Part shown: piece after piece, positions 8,018 through 13,002 of the stretch
Layout: every line of letters starts with the position of its first letter
Position numbering within the stretch: position 1 is the first letter of the stretch
The notes under the pieces: generated by a model
The model's input: the letters and a program-made list of their open reading frames with translations, nothing else
Database searches by the model: none
What the model was told of the DNA's origin: nothing
Program-made: the position numbers and the translations under genes
Origin: an uncultured archaeon
Lineage (GTDB): Archaea > Asgardarchaeota > Lokiarchaeia > Sigyniarchaeales > SOKP01
DNA: 13,002 nucleotides
Direction: 5' to 3'
Assembly (NCBI GenBank): GCA_964525635.1
Contig: CAZGJX010000108.1
Coordinates: 1 to 13,002 of the forward strand

Positions 8018-8788
8018 ATGTATTGCAACGAATGTGGTAATGAAGTTAAAGATAAAAGTCAAAGATTTTGTGAAAATTGTGGGGCAAAAATAAATATAAA
8101 TCCAGAACCCAGTTCCATTCAGCAACATCAGCAATCTGAGGGTAGTGATATAGGTTTATTCGATTTAAGGCGAAATTATTATGTCTTAAAAGAAAAATAT
8201 TGGGATTGGGGTTCCGGTGATATTTATGATGAATTTGGGAAAATTATTGGCAGAATGAACAGAAAAATTTTCAATATCAGAAAAAAAGTTGAATTGGTCG
8301 AACTTGATGGTACTGTTTCAGCATCAATCCATTCAAAAATAATTTCAGCTCGAGGTGCTCAAGACTTATTTGATCCAAACGACAATTTAATAGCTCGTAT
8401 TAAGAAAAAAATAACATCATTTTTTCATCCTTTATTCTGGTTAGAAGATCCATTTGGAAAGAGATGGTATGAAGCACAGGGACAATTTATGGGATGGTCA
8501 TTTAAGGTTAGAGAAATTGAAAGTGGAAAAATTGTTGCTGAAATTGAAAAAGCAGATCGTTGGAGAGATTTCCTTGGTGGTTTATTAGATTTTCAAGATA
8601 CTTATGCTTTAAGGATTCTTGATAATGAAACTGACAGACGAATTTTAGTGGGATTTGTACTATCAATTGATAATGTACTACATGATAATCAACATAGTAG
8701 ACATGGTTTTGTTCGTAGAGGTCCCTTTTTTCCAAGAAGATTTCCTGGAAGGTTTCCAGGACGCTTTCCAAGAAGATTTCCTTTCTAG
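8018..8788 (+). CDS. Zinc-ribbon + LURP-one/Tubby-C (scramblase-like) domain protein with Arg/Phe/Pro repeat tail
   Basis: N-terminal YCNECG...FCENCG zinc ribbon and a Q-rich linker. Repeated beta-hairpin units (DIYDEFGKIIGRM, DLFDPNDNLIARIKKK, GKIVAEIEK), then DTYALRI and a closing helix ILVGFVLSID, as in the LURP-one/YxjI family. Confidence 0.82.
   Translation: MYCNECGNEVKDKSQRFCENCGAKININPEPSSIQQHQQSEGSDIGLFDLRRNYYVLKEKYWDWGSGDIYDEFGKIIGRMNRKIFNIRKKVELVELDGTVSASIHSKIISARGAQDLFDPNDNLIARIKKKITSFFHPLFWLEDPFGKRWYEAQGQFMGWSFKVREIESGKIVAEIEKADRWRDFLGGLLDFQDTYALRILDNETDRRILVGFVLSIDNVLHDNQHSRHGFVRRGPFFPRRFPGRFPGRFPRRFPF
8729..8785 (+). repeat. 12-bp imperfect coding tandem repeat, about 4.75 units, encoding FPRR-FPGR-FPGR-FPRR-FPF
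   Basis: TTTCCAAGAAGA TTTCCTGGAAGG TTTCCAGGACGC TTTCCAAGAAGA TTTCCTTTC, then stop TAG. Confidence 0.9.
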
Positions 8789-8808
8789 TTTATCTTTTTT
8801 TTATTTAT
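8789..8808 (+). terminator. T-rich tract, candidate terminator
   Basis: TTTATCTTTTTTTATTTT-type run immediately after stop 8788. Confidence 0.4.
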
Positions 8809-8897
8809 GAAATAAGAAAAAGAATAAATAGGAAATATTAAATATTAATTGTATCTTTTTTTTCATTTATCATAAAAATAATTTTAAAGTGATAAAA

Positions 8898-9365
8898 ATG
8901 GGTAAAGGAGCACGTAAAAAAGCGATATCATTAGGATTTACTAATTTTAGAGAAACAATATTATTTTGTAGACCAAAGAAAATTAGAATGATGTTTTCTA
9001 AATATATGCCTGATACAGCTGATGCAGTAAAGGAATATTTAAAGCAAATTGATCCAACAACTGAAGTAACTAGTTCTGGTGGTGGAAGAAATAATACTTT
9101 TTATATGTTAGCCCCTCAAGCACAATTATATGTAGAACTAGCAGATAAAATGGCTGGTATGGCAGTTCCTAATTCTAATAATCATGTGATTAAAATGAAT
9201 ATTTTTTGTAATAACGACGAATATATTCATGCAATTGCAAATACAGCATACTATAGATGGGATGACGGTCTTTTAAATCACATAGATTTAAAAAAAATTG
9301 AGAAAAAGTATAAAGTTAAGAGTGAAGATGTACTTGCTGCTTGGAAGGCAATTATAGGAGAATAA
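8898..9365 (+). CDS. Hypothetical soluble protein (probable start ATG 8898, MGKGARKK; GTG 8889 is the alternative)
   Basis: Clean 155-codon frame with protein-like alpha/beta composition, followed by T tracts. No family motif recognised. Confidence 0.8.
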   Translation: MGKGARKKAISLGFTNFRETILFCRPKKIRMMFSKYMPDTADAVKEYLKQIDPTTEVTSSGGGRNNTFYMLAPQAQLYVELADKMAGMAVPNSNNHVIKMNIFCNNDEYIHAIANTAYYRWDDGLLNHIDLKKIEKKYKVKSEDVLAAWKAIIGE

Positions 9366-9452
9366 AAATAAATAATTTTTTTAAAATTTATATTTTTTTT
9401 TTTTATTAAAACTATAAAAAATCTTTTTATTATATGATTTTTAGGCGTATCT

Positions 9453-10211
9453 ATGAATCTAAATGATAAAATCAAATTAGCTGTTAAATGGATTATAGAA
9501 TCCAAAAAATTGGTTATATTTAAAGGAGCTGGAATCTCAACACACTCAGGATTACCTGATTTTCGTGGTCCAGATGGTGTTTGGACAAGGAGAGATCAAG
9601 GAAAACCTCCACCCAAAATGAAAGTTCCTTGGTATAAAGTAAAACCAAACATGGGTCATTATGCTATTTTAGAGTTATTAAAGTTAGGAAAACTTCATTA
9701 TCTTATATCACAAAATATCGATGGATTACATGCTAAATCAGGAATTCCCTTTGATAAACTTGCTGAACTCCATGGTAATCAATATTTTATGAAATGTTTG
9801 AATTGTCATAAAAAAATGACATTTGAAGGAGCAAAATGGGATAAATCCAAATGGGAAAATGGATATAGAACAAGTTTAATTAAAATTAACCAGCCTAAAT
9901 GTCCTCTATGTAAGGGAAGAATTATTTCAAGTATAGTTAATTTTGGAGATCCTTTACCTGAAGATGAGTTATCAGAAGCAGTAAAAAGATCAAAAAATTC
10001 AGACGTTTTTTTCGTTATTGGATCCTCTTTAATTGTTACTCCTGCGGCAAATTTACCTAAAATTGCTAAAAAAACAGGAGCGAATTTAATAATCTTGAAT
10101 TTAGGAGAAACCCCCTATGATAATATTTGTGACTTAAGATTTTTTAATGATATTAATAGTGTTTTAATTCCAATTGTAGAGAAAGTAAAAGAACAAATGC
10201 AAATTAATTGA
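9453..10211 (+). CDS. Sir2-family NAD-dependent protein deacylase, class IV (SIRT6/7)-like
   Basis: GAGISTHSGLPDFRGPDGVWT, SQNIDGLH, LAELHGN (catalytic His), zinc pairs CLNC and CPLC, NFGDPLP, GSSLIVTPAA, LNLGETPYD. Confidence 0.95.
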   Translation: MNLNDKIKLAVKWIIESKKLVIFKGAGISTHSGLPDFRGPDGVWTRRDQGKPPPKMKVPWYKVKPNMGHYAILELLKLGKLHYLISQNIDGLHAKSGIPFDKLAELHGNQYFMKCLNCHKKMTFEGAKWDKSKWENGYRTSLIKINQPKCPLCKGRIISSIVNFGDPLPEDELSEAVKRSKNSDVFFVIGSSLIVTPAANLPKIAKKTGANLIILNLGETPYDNICDLRFFNDINSVLIPIVEKVKEQMQIN

Positions 10212-10226
10212 TTTGGATTTTTATTC

Positions 10227-11885
10227 TTATTTATGTACTCCATAAATCTCTTTATTTTGATCGATTGCCTTAAGGAATTTTTTTGCGTCTATATTTGACA
10301 AAGATACTTTAATTTCACTATTTCTACTTAGTGATCCTGTAAAAATAAGTTTTTCATCAGCAAAAATTTTAATGTTAGTAGATGCAAATTTTTGAGGGGC
10401 TTTAACGATAACTCTATCATTTCTTATATCAATATCTAATTTAATTCTTTCTCCTTTGGAGTATCTTTCTCTAAAAGCAGAATGAGGTTTAAAATCATCA
10501 AATCTTTTTTTAGATTTAATTGGATTAATTGGATTTAATACAATATCTTGTCCAAAGGAATATATTTCAAATACTAAATTATTTGATTTAAAATCTCTGA
10601 CTTCTACGACAGGTCTCGCTAAGTCCTTATCTGCAAAACCAGATGGAACCTTTACAGTCATCTTCACTATTAATACAGAAGATATATCACCCCCTTCAAT
10701 AAAAATAATTGTATCAATAATAGATGGGAGCATTCCAAGTTCTACCCTTCCAATAAATCTCTGGACTGCGTTAATTGCAGATGAACTATGAACTACTCCA
10801 ATCATACCAACACCAGATAACCTGAAGTCTGTATAAATTTCAAAATCTTTTGTCGTTCTTACTTCGTCAAAAATAGTAAAATCTGGTCGAACAAGCAGCA
10901 AAATATCCGCTGAATTTTCAAGATTTCCTTCTAATTTTGTATATTGAGTAATTTCTGGTTTTACTTGAAGATCCCTTACACTTTCCAAAGTTTTTACTAC
11001 CTTTTCTCTTTCCAAATAATAATTTGCTAAAGCTGCTGAAAAAGTTGATTTTCCTGCCCCTGGTGCTCCACAAACCAATATACCCTCTGCTTTATCTAAA
11101 TTCTCTTGTAAATATGAATCTATCGAATAATCAGATAATTGTAAATTAACTAAAGGTCTTACTGCAGTAATCTCTACATCATTTGAGAAAGGAGGGCGTG
11201 TTATAACTATTCTAAATTCACGCATCTGGGCGACTAATGCTCCTATTTTTTCGATTTCTATAAATGAATGATCATCATCTCTAACATATTCAACGATTTC
11301 TAAAGCGATGTCTTCAATCAACTGATTAGATATTGGGTCTTCTGAGATTTTTTCAAGACGCCATTTTCCTGGTGATCCTTTCTTTGCATAAGGTGGAAGA
11401 TATCTCTTCAAATGAACACTCATTGTGGTATCATCAAAAAAATCCAAAAGTTTTAGGTAAAGGGGTTCCTCTGTTTTTGGTTCAATTCTATCCTTAACAT
11501 ATAACACTTCTAAACCTTCAAAAATACCGATATTGCCTTGGATACGATCTGTTGTTATTAAAATTGCATTATTTCTAATTGCTTCTTGTCTAATAAGTGC
11601 GTCTAATTCACCTCCTGGAGACATCTTGATTTCTTCTCTCGTAGGACGATCGCCAATAATATATAAAATAATTTCATTTTTTTTATGGTATTCTCTTAAT
11701 TTTTTTAGAACATTAATTCCAAAAAAACCAATCTCTTTTTGAATATTGGATCGATATTCTATTTCAGCAACCACTATATTTGGAATTAAAATTTCTGGAG
11801 TATCCCCAAGATCCCCATCCTCAATTAACCGTAATATTTGTCCATTAAATATAACAGATGTATCACATACAAATTTATTACTCAT
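10227..11885 (-). CDS. pina: PINA-family ATPase (N-terminal PIN domain + PilT/VirB11-like P-loop ATPase); archaeal Holliday-junction branch-migration ATPase family
   Basis: PIN motifs VCDTSV, VAEIE, ELDALIR, LITTD. Family motifs FFDDTTMSVHLK, ITRPPFS..EITAVRP, Walker A GAPGAGKST, LLLVRPDFTIFDEVR, GVGMIGVVH, GRVELGMLP and VKVPSG...DLARPVVEVRDF. Converges on the sirtuin with a 15-nt gap. Confidence 0.92.
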   Translation of the reverse strand: MSNKFVCDTSVIFNGQILRLIEDGDLGDTPEILIPNIVVAEIEYRSNIQKEIGFFGINVLKKLREYHKKNEIILYIIGDRPTREEIKMSPGGELDALIRQEAIRNNAILITTDRIQGNIGIFEGLEVLYVKDRIEPKTEEPLYLKLLDFFDDTTMSVHLKRYLPPYAKKGSPGKWRLEKISEDPISNQLIEDIALEIVEYVRDDDHSFIEIEKIGALVAQMREFRIVITRPPFSNDVEITAVRPLVNLQLSDYSIDSYLQENLDKAEGILVCGAPGAGKSTFSAALANYYLEREKVVKTLESVRDLQVKPEITQYTKLEGNLENSADILLLVRPDFTIFDEVRTTKDFEIYTDFRLSGVGMIGVVHSSSAINAVQRFIGRVELGMLPSIIDTIIFIEGGDISSVLIVKMTVKVPSGFADKDLARPVVEVRDFKSNNLVFEIYSFGQDIVLNPINPIKSKKRFDDFKPHSAFRERYSKGERIKLDIDIRNDRVIVKAPQKFASTNIKIFADEKLIFTGSLSRNSEIKVSLSNIDAKKFLKAIDQNKEIYGVHK

Positions 11886-12146
11886 TTTTAAAATTCTCTC
11901 GATATTTCATTATATTGTTTTTTTGATTTAACTATTATAAAGAATCGATCTATCATATTATTTTAAATCATTAAGGATTATATTCTTTATTATATATAAA
12001 AAATCTTGATAATTGATTTCTTATTCTTTATTTTATTTTAGATTTCTCTATCACCATGGGATCAGAAAATATATAAAACGCAAAGAAAGAAAAAATCTTT
12101 TTTTTTTTCCTTTTATTTTAACTAAAATTGTAATTTATGGTTTAAC

Positions 12147-12164
12147 AAAAAAAAAAAATAAAAA
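12147..12164 (-). terminator. Oligo-T tract on the minus strand, candidate terminator of the 12170 gene
   Basis: A run of about 12 A on the plus strand just downstream of the minus-strand stop at 12170. Confidence 0.4.
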
Positions 12165-12169
12165 TATAT

Positions 12170-13002
12170 TTAAACACCTTTAGGAATTATAATTTTCTTT
12201 GCAATCAATGATTCAATAGCATCTATTTTTTTATCTTTATTTTGTTCATGAATAGATTTTACAACATATTCTAAAGTAAATTCACCTTTATTTCTGGTAA
12301 TTGATTCAATTACATTGTATGTCCTAGTTTCCATTGGATTAAGTTCGCTTTCTCTCTTTATTTTTTCAATATATTTTATATCATTGAGAACAAATGGTTC
12401 TTTATAATATAATTCAATATAATCATTAATAATTGGTGGTATTAATTTTTCGAATCTCTCCATAGATCCATCCCAATTTTCAAGAATTTCATTTGTCTGT
12501 AATGTTAAAGCATCTCCTAAAGATGTAATCTTTGTTTTTATTCTCTCTGATGGTTTTTCGCTGAGAATCAATACAATACGAATATCCTCTTTATCATAAA
12601 CTGAACAATAAAAATATTTGAAATCTAATTCTAAAAGTTTTTCTCTCTTTTTTGGTTTGGATTGATCTATCTGAAATCCTTTGATTGCTTCTTTTCCTAC
12701 AATATTCTCTCCAATAGTAGTTATAGCTTGAATAAATCCTGAAAATAACTCTTTTTTATGTTTTTCAAGTATTGAATAACTCACCGAAAAAATCGGGACT
12801 CCGCTGTTTTTATTTATAATAACAATAGCTTGTAAATTATCAATATCCTTATATCTCTGTGTTCTTGCAAGTAATTCTGATTGTTTTTTCCTTTTTCTTG
12901 GTAAAAGAATATATGATCTTATGCTTAAAGATCCTAAAACACCTATAATTGCAAGTGCAGCAATTACAACTATGATAAGTATCGGCCCCATCCCTTCAGG
13001 TG
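12170..13002 (-). CDS. C-terminal part of a membrane protein: TM helix, longin-like domain, probable winged-helix; likely 5'-truncated by the window
   Basis: The frame stays open upstream of ATG 12991 (..PEG-M) to the window edge. TM ILIIVVIAALAIIGVLGSLSI, then basic PRKRKK. LQAIVIINKNSGVPIFS...LFSGFIQAITTIGENI...IRIVLIL...WDGSMERF is the beta-beta-alpha-beta-beta-beta-alpha pattern of Asgard longin-like domains. LNPMETRTYNVI...IESLIAKKIIIP resembles a winged helix. Confidence 0.75.
   Translation of the reverse strand, partial: PEGMGPILIIVVIAALAIIGVLGSLSIRSYILLPRKRKKQSELLARTQRYKDIDNLQAIVIINKNSGVPIFSVSYSILEKHKKELFSGFIQAITTIGENIVGKEAIKGFQIDQSKPKKREKLLELDFKYFYCSVYDKEDIRIVLILSEKPSERIKTKITSLGDALTLQTNEILENWDGSMERFEKLIPPIINDYIELYYKEPFVLNDIKYIEKIKRESELNPMETRTYNVIESITRNKGEFTLEYVVKSIHEQNKDKKIDAIESLIAKKIIIPKGV

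Noticed and set aside
8729-8785. CRISPR array
   Set aside because: Contiguous 12-bp in-frame coding units with no spacers and no cas genes.
7019-9505. Minus-strand ORFs 7019-7204, 8508-8771 and 9278-9505
   Set aside because: They overlap well-supported plus-strand genes and have no recognisable motifs.
9453-11885. Sir2-ATPase antiphage system (Sir2-HerA, Thoeris, DSR)
   Set aside because: The sirtuin is a zinc-binding deacylase type, not the SIR2_2 NADase type. The ATPase is housekeeping PINA and lies on the opposite strand.
10227-11885. VapC toxin or type IV pilus/secretion ATPase
   Set aside because: The PIN domain is fused to the ATPase with PINA-specific motifs, and no antitoxin or pilus genes are adjacent.
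11533-11931. Plus-strand ORFs 11533-11742 and 11746-11931
   Set aside because: Antisense shadows of the PINA gene.

Overview
Very AT-rich archaeal window whose gene content and style point to an Asgard archaeon of the Lokiarchaeia/Promethearchaeota type (inferred from the PINA ATPase, a membrane-anchored longin-like domain and oligo-T tracts after genes). Bases 1-2600 are a decaying accessory patch: an IS630-family transposase with two in-frame stops, two paralogous four-helix membrane proteins with an unannotated decayed third copy between them, and an unannotated minus-strand frame with one early stop. The rest is intact genes: a long coiled-coil protein with a C-terminal two-helix membrane anchor, an APC permease with an extra membrane module, a DUF2061-like protein, a PHP-family hydrolase, a zinc-ribbon/LURP-one (Tubby/scramblase-like) protein ending in an FP(R/G)R repeat, an unknown protein, a sirtuin with the eukaryotic class IV (SIRT6/7) signature, a convergent PINA-family ATPase that seems to lack its KH domain, and the C-terminal end of a membrane protein with a longin-like plus probable winged-helix tail. 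I cannot establish a complete new multi-gene system from this window alone. The best leads are the SIRT6-like sirtuin, the membrane-anchored coiled coil, the longin-tailed membrane protein and the repeat-tailed LURP-one protein. Family calls come from motif recognition by eye; no searches were run.
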